Source: Candidatus Woesearchaeota archaeon (lineage in GTDB: Archaea; Nanobdellota; Nanobdellia; Woesearchaeales; 21-14-0-10-32-9). Taken from it: DNA of 64,000 nt. This document shows positions 47,272 to 57,126 of the stretch, piece by piece. The notes below the pieces were generated by a model. It was not told the DNA's origin, did no database searches, and saw nothing but the letters and a program-made list of their open reading frames with translations. Position numbers and translations under genes: made by a program. Numbering within the stretch: the stretch's first letter is position 1; the number at the start of each line of letters is the position of its first letter. The stretch covers positions 1,419 through 65,418 of the forward strand of contig JAIPHP010000003.1 in the NCBI GenBank assembly GCA_021735165.1, read 5' to 3'.

Positions 47272-49449
47272 CTACAATTTCTTATACTTTAATAGTAAAC
47301 TATTTGTAAGCACAGAAACTGAAGACATCGCCATAGCAGCACCTGCAATAATAGGTGACAAAAGCCAACCTGTACTCGTATAAAGAACGCCAGCAGCTAT
47401 CGGAATCCCAAGCACATTATAAAATAATGCCCAAAACATATTTTGTTTAATCTTATTCATTGTAAGTTTGCTTAATCGCAAAGCACTAGGAACTGCCAAA
47501 GGATCATCTTTCATTAAAACTATATCTCCAGTCTCCATCGCAACATCTGTTCCAGAACCCATAGCAATACCTATGTCTGCTTGAGCAATAGCTGGAGCAT
47601 CATTAATGCCATCACCTATCATTGCAACTTTGTACTTTCCTTTTTTCTGAAGCTTTTTTACATAACTTGCTTTATCTTCAGGCAAAACCTCTGCAAAAAC
47701 ATTCTTTATTCCTGCCTGAGCAGCTATTGCTTTTGCAGTCCTTTTATTATCTCCTGTCATCATAAATGTCTTGATGCCCATTTTATGCAATCTAAGAATT
47801 GCTTTCTTACTCGTTTCCCTTATTGTATCTGCAACAGCAATAATTCCAAGAACCTTTTTATCAGCCAGCACCATAACTGTTTTTCCTTCACTTTCAAGCT
47901 TATTGATTTCAGATTTATATTTAGAAACATTAATTTTTTGTTTATTCATCAACTTCATATTTCCAGCAAAATATTTTTTCTTTCCAACAAAAGCTTCAAC
48001 TCCATGTCCGGGCACCGCTTTAAAACCTGAAATCCTTTTGAATTTAATTTTCTTATGTTTAGCAAATCTAACTATTGATTCTGCTAAAGGATGTTCAGAT
48101 TCATTTTCAATACTTCCTAAAATTGTTAAAAATTCTCCATCCTTCAATTCACTTTTAAAATCAGTAACTTCAGGAACTCCTTTAGTTATAGTTCCAGTTT
48201 TATCAAACACAACGTAATTAATTTTATGAGCAGTTTCAAGAGCATCTCCACCTTTAATTAAAATACCTCTTCTAGCGCCAAGTCCTGTACCTACCATGAT
48301 GCTTGTTGGGGTGGCAAGACCTAAAGCACAAGGACACGCTATAACTAAAACAGAAACTCCTGTTAGTATTGCAAAGCTCAAGCCTTGTCCTGATAACAAC
48401 CAAATAAAAAAAGTAACAATTGCAATAACAATTACTACTGGAACAAAATAAGAACTAATACTATCTGCAAATCTTTGTATTGGTGCTTTTCTTCCCTGTG
48501 CATCTTCAACCAATTTAATTATGTGCGAAAGAGTAGTATCTTTTCCTATTTTTGTCGCCTTAAACCTAAAAGAGCCATGTTTATTTATAGTGCCGCCAAA
48601 TACCTTATCTCCTTTAGCTTTGTCTATAGGTACACTTTCTCCAGTAATCATAGACTCATCAACACTGGTGTTTCCTGAAATAATCTTTCCATCAACAGGA
48701 ATTTTTTCTCCTGGTCTAACAAGAATGATGTCTTTGAGAACGACGTCATCAACACTCACAATAATTTCTCTATTTTTTCTTAAAACTCGTGCGGTCTTAG
48801 GACTGAGATTCATTAATTTGCTAATAGCATCACTAGTTTTGCCTTTAGCTCTAGCTTCCAAATATTTTCCAAGAATAACTAATGTTATAAGAATCGCTGA
48901 CGTTTCAAAATACTGCCCTCCATCCGTTACAAACAAAACTAAATATACTGAATAAAAATATGCTGCAGATGTTCCAAGTGCAATCAAAGAATCCATATTT
49001 GCGTTTTTATTTTTCAAAGCACTCCAAGCACCCTTATAGAATTCGGCCCCAATATAAAACTGAATAGGTGTTGCCAATAGCCACAAAACATACTCCTCGA
49101 AAGGAATCATGATCTTAAGCCACATAAACACCATGCCAATAATAAATGCAGGAATTGCGAAAATCAAACTAATTAAAAGTTTATTTTTCAAACGATTCAT
49201 TTCTTTAATATGTTGCTTTTTAGGATCTTCTAATCCCTTACTTAAGGAAGCATCATATCCTTTACTTTTCACAATATTAATAAGATCATTTTCATTTAAT
49301 AATGAATCATCAAATTCTACTGTTGCTTTGGCAGTACTATAATTAACATTTGCTAATTTAACACCATCTTTCTTAGAGAATCCTCTTTGAATCAAAGTAG
49401 CACAACTAGCACAATGCATTCCCTTAACGTCCAAATCTATTTTTTTCAT
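47272..49449 (-). CDS. copA: Cu(I)-translocating P1B-type ATPase
   Basis: [37 protein letters not shown] and MAMSS motifs. Confidence 0.96.
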   Translation of the reverse strand: MKKIDLDVKGMHCASCATLIQRGFSKKDGVKLANVNYSTAKATVEFDDSLLNENDLINIVKSKGYDASLSKGLEDPKKQHIKEMNRLKNKLLISLIFAIPAFIIGMVFMWLKIMIPFEEYVLWLLATPIQFYIGAEFYKGAWSALKNKNANMDSLIALGTSAAYFYSVYLVLFVTDGGQYFETSAILITLVILGKYLEARAKGKTSDAISKLMNLSPKTARVLRKNREIIVSVDDVVLKDIILVRPGEKIPVDGKIISGNTSVDESMITGESVPIDKAKGDKVFGGTINKHGSFRFKATKIGKDTTLSHIIKLVEDAQGRKAPIQRFADSISSYFVPVVIVIAIVTFFIWLLSGQGLSFAILTGVSVLVIACPCALGLATPTSIMVGTGLGARRGILIKGGDALETAHKINYVVFDKTGTITKGVPEVTDFKSELKDGEFLTILGSIENESEHPLAESIVRFAKHKKIKFKRISGFKAVPGHGVEAFVGKKKYFAGNMKLMNKQKINVSKYKSEINKLESEGKTVMVLADKKVLGIIAVADTIRETSKKAILRLHKMGIKTFMMTGDNKRTAKAIAAQAGIKNVFAEVLPEDKASYVKKLQKKGKYKVAMIGDGINDAPAIAQADIGIAMGSGTDVAMETGDIVLMKDDPLAVPSALRLSKLTMNKIKQNMFWALFYNVLGIPIAAGVLYTSTGWLLSPIIAGAAMAMSSVSVLTNSLLLKYKKL

Positions 49450-49626
49450 ATTATCTCTCCATACCTAAAAGTATTAAAATTTAATATAACTTTTTTAATA
49501 ATTATATCTAACACATATATCTAGCATGTTTATAGTTCATTATTAATATAGCGAAAACAAGCTCTTATATAATTTACAAAAGTAAAAAATATAGCTTTTG
49601 TATAAAATCACAGTAAGTCTATTAGT

Positions 49627-50148
49627 TTATCCGCCACAACCACATCCGCCAGAACCACCTGCGCCACAGCTACCTGCACCTCCTGAATTTTGAGTGCCAG
49701 AATTTGACTTTTCTACATAATCTGCTTTTTCTCCTGAACTATCAACCACATCAAAAGTCGTAGCGCCCATACCCATACTGCAAGCTATATTAAATGTGCC
49801 AGATTTATCAGGAGTGAATTCTATGATGTTGTTTCCTTCGCTTACATATTCACTTACACCAAACGCAGGAATTCTCACAGCTTTCATACAACCTACAACG
49901 CTCTTAAGATCAACTTCCATTCTTACAGGAACTCCAACTTTTAATTCCGAAGGTTCTAATACATAGACATAATTCTCATAAGTTAATTTAACAGTCTGAA
50001 TATCTCCATTTCCTGTGTTAGCAACAACTTTACCAGTAGCACTACTTGTTTTGGCTGCGCTAGCACCATATGTCAAACTAACAACACCAAATAAGCTAAC
50101 GACAAATATCGCAAGCACCAAATATAAAACATTTTTCTTAATTCTCAT
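49627..50148 (-). CDS. cupredoxin-domain protein with Gly/Cys tail
   Basis: Signal/TM helix, GC...IP, FTP..SGTFNIACSMGM, tail SCGAGGSGGCGCGG. Confidence 0.8.
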   Translation of the reverse strand: MRIKKNVLYLVLAIFVVSLFGVVSLTYGASAAKTSSATGKVVANTGNGDIQTVKLTYENYVYVLEPSELKVGVPVRMEVDLKSVVGCMKAVRIPAFGVSEYVSEGNNIIEFTPDKSGTFNIACSMGMGATTFDVVDSSGEKADYVEKSNSGTQNSGGAGSCGAGGSGGCGCGG

Positions 50149-50161
50149 TTTTTTTACCTCC

Positions 50162-51085
50162 TTAAAAACTAACTAAAGGACTTTTAGGTCCATAAATCAT
50201 TATTGCTAAAAGAATAAATGTTGCAATTATTGCTATTGAACTAAGTGTCATGAAATCAGCAGGTTTCTTTTCATGTTTTTTTCCTTCTGCTACTTCTTCA
50301 TACATCATGATGCTTAAACCGCCTAATATTATCACATTAATTATTATGTAAAAAGGCATGAATATTAACAGGTTATCTGAAAACATCATGATCGAAATCA
50401 TAGGCCCCATAGTTCCCCCCATAAGTCCTGCCATCATTCCTTCCATAGTTCCCATAACGCCGCAGCATTTTCCTGTAAGCCAACCGACCAAACATCCTAA
50501 AAGCATTCCAACCATTGCTCCTGCAAAGAAACCATTAGTTGCTCCTATAACTGCACCTATCATCATTCCTGTCTGCATTCCTATGGTCATTCCTATCATC
50601 ATTCCTGTCATGCAAGTAATTTTATTCTTCAAATAAGCAACAACATGCCAAATAGCCACTCCTATTGTTGCTATGCTTATGTTAAGATACAATATCCACC
50701 AACCATAATTTACAAAGAAATCAGGAATGTTCTTTAGAAATACAAAATAAGCAAGAACTTCCAATATGCTAATTATAAGAAAAATTCCTATTGTATATGG
50801 TATTATCTTTGATTCAACAATATAATTTGAAGGATTCTCCTTGAAATGTCTTATTCTCTCTTTGAACGTTTTTCTTTCAAATGACTGAGTTGAAGCACGA
50901 AAACCTTTTGATTTTATTATATTGATTATGTGGTCAGGACTTGTCTTTGAATCATCAAATTCAAATGTTGCCGATTCATCGTTTATTGAATACTTTATTA
51001 TTCCATCCTCTTTGTCAAAAGCTTTTTTTAGAACTCTTGAACAGGAATCACATTCTATGTCTGGTATGTAAATAGTTTCTTTCAT
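50162..51085 (-). CDS. HMA domain fused to a Met/Gly-rich membrane domain
   Basis: IECDSC; TM region CMTGMMIGMTIGMQTGMMIG...GKCCG. Confidence 0.8.
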   Translation of the reverse strand: MKETIYIPDIECDSCSRVLKKAFDKEDGIIKYSINDESATFEFDDSKTSPDHIINIIKSKGFRASTQSFERKTFKERIRHFKENPSNYIVESKIIPYTIGIFLIISILEVLAYFVFLKNIPDFFVNYGWWILYLNISIATIGVAIWHVVAYLKNKITCMTGMMIGMTIGMQTGMMIGAVIGATNGFFAGAMVGMLLGCLVGWLTGKCCGVMGTMEGMMAGLMGGTMGPMISIMMFSDNLLIFMPFYIIINVIILGGLSIMMYEEVAEGKKHEKKPADFMTLSSIAIIATFILLAIMIYGPKSPLVSF

Positions 51086-51288
51086 TACTCCACCTCATAA
51101 CCTTCTTTTTTTATCACTGCCCTGATTTTATTTTCAGAAACCTTGTTTTCATCAAATCCTAATTTTAATTCTCCAGAATCATGAGAAATACTTTTTACAT
51201 TTACATAATCTAGTTCCTCCAATTCTTCTTTTATTAACATTTCGCACGATTTGCAATGCATTCCTTTCACTTTGAATTTCTTTTCCAT
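51085..51288 (-). CDS. CopZ-like metallochaperone
   Basis: VKGMHCKSC...GYEV; 67 aa. Confidence 0.9.
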   Translation of the reverse strand: MEKKFKVKGMHCKSCEMLIKEELEELDYVNVKSISHDSGELKLGFDENKVSENKIRAVIKKEGYEVE

Positions 51289-51567
51289 GATTAATCACCC
51301 TGCAACTCTGTCTGAACAGGGTTTATTAATACCATTCGCCCATAGTTTTCATGCTCAGAAAGTTTGAAACGTCCAAATTGTTGTTCTAGAACGTTTATGG
51401 CTGAAAAAGAACAGGATTTTATATTTGTGTTGCTATTGGAGTCATTATACATAAATAAAAATATTATAATTTATGTTTATTTCTTTGAAAAAACCATGGA
51501 AGAATTTGCCTTTAAAAAATTGATTTTGATAAGTAAAACTGACTTATAAACGTTAATTCTTGAGAAT

Positions 51568-52896
51568 TTGGAGATTTCAGCCATTTTGGTTTATGTTAAA
51601 TCAATGGAAAGGTATATAAATAATTTTGATGTTTTATTTTACGAAGTGGTGCTTAAAAAAGTAAAAACGGGTTTTGATAAAGTTTTTGAAGATAAATTCA
51701 ACAGGATCTTCATACCGTTACTCATATTAATAGGAATACTGTTAATTGTAAGTGGAGGAGCAAGTTCTGATGTTAATGATAATACAGAAGTAGGAAAGTT
51801 AAATGTTCACTTTTTCTATCTTCCAAGCTGTCCTCATTGTCAAGAACAAAAACCATTCAATGAGCAGTTGATGCAGGAATATCCCGAGATTAATTGGATA
51901 TATCATGACACAAGTGACTCCAAAGAAAATCAAATATATGCTCAGATGGCTGTTGAGAGAGGTCTTAGTCTTAGAAATTTAGGAGTACCAGGAACATTTA
52001 TTGGAGATGAAGAAATAATTGGTTTTGGGAGTGCTGAGACAACAGGCGTTCAGATAAGACAAGCACTAGAAGATTATATTGCACAAAATACTAAAGAAAC
52101 AGAACAAGAGGTTAATGAAACTGTTTTACCAGAGAATGATTCTGAGGAATTCAACAGAATAGTAAACTTACCTATGTTTGGAGAAATAGATGTTCTGAAT
52201 GTAAGTCTTCCTGTTCTTTCTATTTTACTCGGATTCGTAGATGGAATGAATCCCTGCGCTATGTGGGTCTTGGTATATTTAATATCTTTAATTCTTGAAG
52301 TAAGAGATAGAAAGAAAATATGGTTCTTAGTTGGATCTTTCTTATTAGCATCAGGAGTATTATATTTCTTATTCATGACTGCATGGCTAAATGTATTTTT
52401 ATTGGTTGGTTACATACGGACTGTAACAATAATAGTGGGTCTTGTTGCTTTATATTTTGGAGTTACAAGTATAAAGACTTTTATAGAAACAAAAGGCGCC
52501 ATTCAATGTGAAGTGGGTGATGCTGAAAGTAAGAAAAAAACTATGAGCAAGATGAAACAATTAGTTGCTTCTCCCCTAACGTGGGCAACAATGGCTGGAA
52601 TGGTAGGATTGGCTTTTTTAGTAAATTCTCTAGAATTTGTATGCTCTGCAGCACTTCCGGCAATATTTACACAAGTTTTAGCAATAAGTGAAATATCAGG
52701 AGCATCATATTACTTGTATATTTTGTTATATGTGTTCTTCTTTATGCTAGACGACCTTATAATATTTGGATTAGCAGTATTTGCAGTAAATAAATTCGTA
52801 GGGGACAAATATGCTAAATGGTGCAAATTGATAGGTGGAATAATAATGTTAGTCTTAGGAATAATAATGGTCTTCTTTCCACACATATTAAGATGA
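51568..52896 (+). CDS. glutaredoxin-like domain fused to DsbD/CcdA-like membrane domain (start uncertain)
   Basis: CPHC, GVPGTFIG, DGMNPCAMWVL, EFVCSAALP. Confidence 0.82.
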   Translation: MEISAILVYVKSMERYINNFDVLFYEVVLKKVKTGFDKVFEDKFNRIFIPLLILIGILLIVSGGASSDVNDNTEVGKLNVHFFYLPSCPHCQEQKPFNEQLMQEYPEINWIYHDTSDSKENQIYAQMAVERGLSLRNLGVPGTFIGDEEIIGFGSAETTGVQIRQALEDYIAQNTKETEQEVNETVLPENDSEEFNRIVNLPMFGEIDVLNVSLPVLSILLGFVDGMNPCAMWVLVYLISLILEVRDRKKIWFLVGSFLLASGVLYFLFMTAWLNVFLLVGYIRTVTIIVGLVALYFGVTSIKTFIETKGAIQCEVGDAESKKKTMSKMKQLVASPLTWATMAGMVGLAFLVNSLEFVCSAALPAIFTQVLAISEISGASYYLYILLYVFFFMLDDLIIFGLAVFAVNKFVGDKYAKWCKLIGGIIMLVLGIIMVFFPHILR

Positions 52897-52937
52897 TTTT
52901 CTAAAAATTTATATTTGAATATGATTTATGTTATTTT

Positions 52938-53699
52938 ATGAGAGAAAATAAAGTCTTCCTATTTAATAAATATGGCGAGAAACTTGCAGGTCTTGAAGCA
53001 ATTCCTTCTGAGAAAAAAGAGAAATATCCTGCAGTCATATTAGTTCATGGATTCGGGGTTACAAAAGAAGAATACGGATTATTTGATGGATTAGCAAAAA
53101 CTCTTTCAGATGCAGGTTTTATTGTGTATAGATTTGACTTTTCAGGAAGAGGAGAAAGTGAAGGAGATTACTCTGAGATGACTATAACTCGTGAATGTGA
53201 TGATCTTGACGCAATAATGAGCTTTGTCGAAACTCAGGATTTTGTTGATTCCGGGATGATAGGGATGCTAGCACAATCATTTGGAACTGCCGTAGTCGCT
53301 TCCTATGTTCCTGATGTAAAAGCTCTTGTCTTCACAGGAAGCATATCTGATTTTGAAAATGTTACTGCAAATCCAAAAAAATGGGATGTTCTTGACAAAA
53401 AAGGCATATCTATAAAAACAAAAGGACCTGGCGAAGTAATAAAAATAAATTCTGCTTTTTGGGAAGACTTAGAAAAATATGATGTGCTTAAATCTATAAA
53501 AAAAATAAAGTGTCCGATACTTTTTATACACGGTTCAGAAGATGGAAGAGTTCCGCTTGAAAGCATGGAAGCATATTATGAGAATGCAAATGAGCCAAAA
53601 GAAAAAATAATAATTCAAGGAGCAGATCATGATATGGAACCAAAAAGAGAAGAACTGAACAAAATTGTTGTCAATTGGTTCAAGAAAAATTTAAATTAA
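52938..53699 (+). CDS. alpha/beta hydrolase
   Basis: VHGF, FDFSGRGESEG, AQSFG elbow, HGSED, GADH. Confidence 0.9.
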   Translation: MRENKVFLFNKYGEKLAGLEAIPSEKKEKYPAVILVHGFGVTKEEYGLFDGLAKTLSDAGFIVYRFDFSGRGESEGDYSEMTITRECDDLDAIMSFVETQDFVDSGMIGMLAQSFGTAVVASYVPDVKALVFTGSISDFENVTANPKKWDVLDKKGISIKTKGPGEVIKINSAFWEDLEKYDVLKSIKKIKCPILFIHGSEDGRVPLESMEAYYENANEPKEKIIIQGADHDMEPKREELNKIVVNWFKKNLN

Positions 53700-53703
53700 T
53701 TAT

Positions 53704-53986
53704 TTACTTAAATATTTTTATTATTCTTACCTATGGTTACGGTCATAGAACCCATTCAGAACGTTGGAGGAACGTTCGCTTTGCTCAGTTCCTCAGTTAG
53801 AGTTTTACTTGAATATTTTTATTATTTTTACTGGGCAGTCTTTTGCTGCTTTTTCGTTCTAAGGTTACGGTCTTAGGTCCCATTCAGAACGTTGGAGGAA
53901 CGTTCGCTTTGCTCAGTTCCTCAGTTAGAGTTTTACTTGAATATTTTTATTATTTTTACTGGGCAGTCTTTTGCTGCTTTTTCATT
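53704..53986 (-). repeat. tandem array: three copies of the ferredoxin 3' end separated by two 74-bp structured inserts
   Basis: Gene-end copies 53933-53986, 53805-53858, 53704-53730; inserts 53859-53932, 53731-53804. Confidence 0.9.
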
Positions 53987-54157
53987 TTCTTCTAGAAGAG
54001 CAAGGTCAAGGTCTGTTACGTATGTGTCTCCTTTCTTTTCAGAATCTTTCAGGTCTGCTTTTCCGTCTTTTTCGTTGATTTTCCACATGCTCGGACAATT
54101 CTCAACGCATGAGTTACATCCGATGCAGTCTTTTCTGTAATGAACTATTTTCGCCAC
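53933..54157 (-). CDS. ferredoxin
   Basis: CIGCNSCVENCP...AAKDCPVKII. Confidence 0.9.
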   Translation of the reverse strand: MAKIVHYRKDCIGCNSCVENCPSMWKINEKDGKADLKDSEKKGDTYVTDLDLALLEENEKAAKDCPVKIIKIFK

Positions 54158-54164
54158 TTTGGTT

Positions 54165-54434
54165 TCACTCTTTTTTATTGAATATTAAGAAGTCAATATC
54201 TGTTATTGCTTTTATTTTGTGATATGTTCTTTCTGGTATTTCAAATTTTGCGGGAGCTTCAAGTATTTCTGTTTTGTCTTTAATTGTGATTTCTGCTCTT
54301 CCTCTTATTAAATATATTAATTCATATTCGTTTATTTCATTATCTCCTGAAACTGTATCTTTATATCTGTAAAGTATTTTGAATCCTTTTGCTTGGTATG
54401 TTTTTCCTTTTTCGTTTTCTTTTATTAGTTTCAT
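54165..54434 (-). CDS. small cupin-like protein
   Basis: ELIYLIRG...IPERTYHKIKA. Confidence 0.6.
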   Translation of the reverse strand: MKLIKENEKGKTYQAKGFKILYRYKDTVSGDNEINEYELIYLIRGRAEITIKDKTEILEAPAKFEIPERTYHKIKAITDIDFLIFNKKE

Positions 54435-55054
54435 TTTTCTTCTATTATTACTTCGCCGTCTCTGATGGCTTTGTATGGTTTGCTGTTTGTTTTGCAGTAT
54501 TCTATTTCTTTGTTTATATCTTCTGATTCGTTATGGTCTGAATCATAGTGCGGCATGAATGCGTAATCTATGAAGCCGAGTCCTTCCCATATTATTTCTT
54601 TTTGTTCTTTGTATGGAGTTTGCGGGTTGTCTACTGTTTGATATACTTTAAGAGAAGGTGAAAGTACGCATCCAGCTGCGCTGTATCCTGCGTAGAGAAA
54701 GTTTTCTTTGTTTTCTTTGATGTTGTTTAGTATTTTATCCATTCCGCTTAGTTTCATTGCTTGTCTTAATACGTATGTGTTTCCGCCGCTTATGAAAACT
54801 GCTTTTATTTGTTTAAGTTTTTGTTTTAGTTCTTGTTCTTTATTGAAGTATTGTTTAAGATCTAAAAGTTCGCACTGAAGTCCCAATTCTTTTAATGAGT
54901 TCATGTCTTTTTCTATGTGTTTTTGTTTTCTTTTTGGGTCTGCTCCTTCAAAATCTAGTGCATTTGGAATGTATGCTATTTTTTTAATTGGCGTCATCTC
55001 TATTAATTTGTCTGTTTCTTTTCCAAGTCTGTATGATGATAAGTATAGTTTCAT
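54431..55054 (-). CDS. peptidase S51 (dipeptidase E-like)
   Basis: YIPNA, SGGNT, YAGYSAAG, FMPHY. Confidence 0.88.
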   Translation of the reverse strand: MKLYLSSYRLGKETDKLIEMTPIKKIAYIPNALDFEGADPKRKQKHIEKDMNSLKELGLQCELLDLKQYFNKEQELKQKLKQIKAVFISGGNTYVLRQAMKLSGMDKILNNIKENKENFLYAGYSAAGCVLSPSLKVYQTVDNPQTPYKEQKEIIWEGLGFIDYAFMPHYDSDHNESEDINKEIEYCKTNSKPYKAIRDGEVIIEEK

Positions 55055-56292
55055 TTTTCTTCTATTATAATAAAAAATTTATCGCCTTTTCTAACTTTGC
55101 CTGGAACTTTGAAACTTATTTCTTGTTTCTTTTTTCCTGTTTCTACTTCTCCGTCGTCTGCGTGTATTTCTTCTATTGTTCCTTTCATAACGCCTGTTGT
55201 CGGACCAGTTATCATAAAGTTGTTGCCTTTGTTTACTTCTCTTGCTTCAAGTAATGCTGATGCAACTCCTAGTTTTTCAAAATAGTTTGTTATTTTTCCT
55301 GCTAAGTGTTTTTCAACAGTGGTCTTTGAACCTTCTACTCCTGCCCATTCATTTATTTTCTTTCCAAGGTAATATCCGCCTTCCCAGAAACCTCTGTTGT
55401 AAACTGATTTTAATCTTTTCATCCAGTTTTCTATTTTTTCTTTTGTGAATTCGTTGTTTTTTATTGCTTTAACTGCTTCTTTGTAGCATTTCACGGTTTC
55501 ATCAGCATAATCAGGGCTTCTTCCTCTGCCTTCAATTTTTAATACGGAGACTCCGGAATCAAGAATTTTGTCTAAGAATGGCAGTGTGCATAAATCTGAT
55601 GGAGACATTACGAATTTATTATCTATTTTTAATTCATCTCCTGTTTCTTCATCTATTACTTTGTATGCTCTTCTGCAGTTCTGAAGACATGCACCTCTAT
55701 TTGCACTTGCATTGTATGTTGAAAGAGACATGTGGCATTTTCCACTTATCGCTATACACAATGCTCCGTGGACAAAGATTTCAATTTCTACAAGTTTTCC
55801 TTTTGGTCCTCTTATATCTTGTTTTTTTATTTCTTCACAAATTGTTGTTATTTGCTTTAATGTTAGTTCCCTTGCTAAGACTACTACGTCTGCGAATTGT
55901 GAATAGAATTTTACTGCTTCTATATTTGAAACGTTTATTTGTGTTGAAATATGAACTTCCAGTCCAATTGATCTTGCGTATTGTATTGCTGCAATGTCCA
56001 TGCATATAACTGCTGTAAGTTCTGCTTTTTTTGCAGCATCGCATATTCTTTTAACCATGTTCATATCGTGGTCGTACACGATTGTGTTTACTGTAAGGTA
56101 GGATTTTACGTTATTGTCTTTGCAGATTTCTACTATTTTTGGTAAATCGTCGAGCATGAAGTTGGCTGAACGTGAGCGCATGTTCATCTGTTCCACACCA
56201 AAATATATTGAGTCTGCACCCGCATTAATTGCTGCTCTTAATGATTCGTATGAGCCTGCTGGCGCCATTATTTCTATTTTTTTGCTTATCAT
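55051..56292 (-). CDS. U32 family protein (TrhP/RlhA-like RNA hydroxylase)
   Basis: APAG, GADSIYFG, HISTQ, LAREL, HGALCIAISGKC, NRGACLQNCRR, KIEGR. Confidence 0.92.
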   Translation of the reverse strand: MISKKIEIMAPAGSYESLRAAINAGADSIYFGVEQMNMRSRSANFMLDDLPKIVEICKDNNVKSYLTVNTIVYDHDMNMVKRICDAAKKAELTAVICMDIAAIQYARSIGLEVHISTQINVSNIEAVKFYSQFADVVVLARELTLKQITTICEEIKKQDIRGPKGKLVEIEIFVHGALCIAISGKCHMSLSTYNASANRGACLQNCRRAYKVIDEETGDELKIDNKFVMSPSDLCTLPFLDKILDSGVSVLKIEGRGRSPDYADETVKCYKEAVKAIKNNEFTKEKIENWMKRLKSVYNRGFWEGGYYLGKKINEWAGVEGSKTTVEKHLAGKITNYFEKLGVASALLEAREVNKGNNFMITGPTTGVMKGTIEEIHADDGEVETGKKKQEISFKVPGKVRKGDKFFIIIEEK

Positions 56293-56363
56293 GTTGCTTT
56301 GGAGTGGTTTTTTGCTTAAGAATTTTATGGTAATGTGAGAATTTTCGTGTTATCTAACTTAAA

Positions 56364-56888
56364 TTATTTGTTATGGGGATTCTTGAAAGGTTCGGGGGTT
56401 AGATAAAATTCATTATCTTTTTCAAACATTATTCCTATGTCGATATTTTTTGCTATTTGTGTATTGCTTTCCCCATATTTTTTTCTTAACTCTTCTTCTT
56501 GATATTTTGAAGATGTCCAGTTTCTATTTTCAAGGTCTGTTTTCATTTTTTGGAATTCGTTACTTTTTAATATTTGAGTTACCTTATCGACATTTATATC
56601 AACTTTATGATTGTCTATTGCGTATCCTGTGAAGAATTCTCCGTTTTTGTGTTGTATGTGATGACCTCCCTCTGTCAAGACTTTTCCATTTGAGTTAACT
56701 AAGTATTTGGTAGCGCCTAATGTCACTACGGTTCCTTTGTCTGTTTCATAGGCAGAGTGATATGAAGGCCAGTCGGTGTTGGGTCTAACAACAGTAATAT
56801 CTTCCAAGCTTTCTTGAATATTTTTCAAGTCTTTGATGTTTCTTACCAAATCCTGTATTGCCATTCTATCTATGTAAATAATCTCCAT
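56364..56888 (-). CDS. hypothetical protein
   Basis: 174-aa ORF; no recognised motif. Confidence 0.6.
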   Translation of the reverse strand: MEIIYIDRMAIQDLVRNIKDLKNIQESLEDITVVRPNTDWPSYHSAYETDKGTVVTLGATKYLVNSNGKVLTEGGHHIQHKNGEFFTGYAIDNHKVDINVDKVTQILKSNEFQKMKTDLENRNWTSSKYQEEELRKKYGESNTQIAKNIDIGIMFEKDNEFYLTPEPFKNPHNK

Positions 56889-57092
56889 CTATATATTTTT
56901 CTTTTTTTATCCCTGTTTGATGGTAAAAAGTTCTTTATTTTTGCTTATCGTGCTTCTTAGAATTAAGTTTTATCTTAAGAATTTTATGGTGTTAGTACTG
57001 CAAAATATCTCTTTTTTCATAGGTACTTTCATTTATTTGTTTGTTTTTGGTGTACTCGAAATCATTTATAAACAACATCTTTCTACTAACAG

Positions 57093-57113
57093 TACTTCCA
57101 AAATTTAGAAGTA
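57093..57113. promoter_or_regulatory. palindromic operator-like site between the TATA box and the MMPL operon start
   Basis: TACTTCCAAAATTTAGAAGTA near-palindrome downstream of TTTATAAA (57065-57072). Confidence 0.4.
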
Positions 57114-57126
57114 TTAAAAGGTTAAA

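Noticed and set aside
53704-53986. CRISPR mini-array or DGR template/variable repeats
   Set aside because: The would-be spacers are copies of the adjacent gene end, units are too long for CRISPR repeats, differences are few and not adenine-restricted, and there is no reverse transcriptase in the window.
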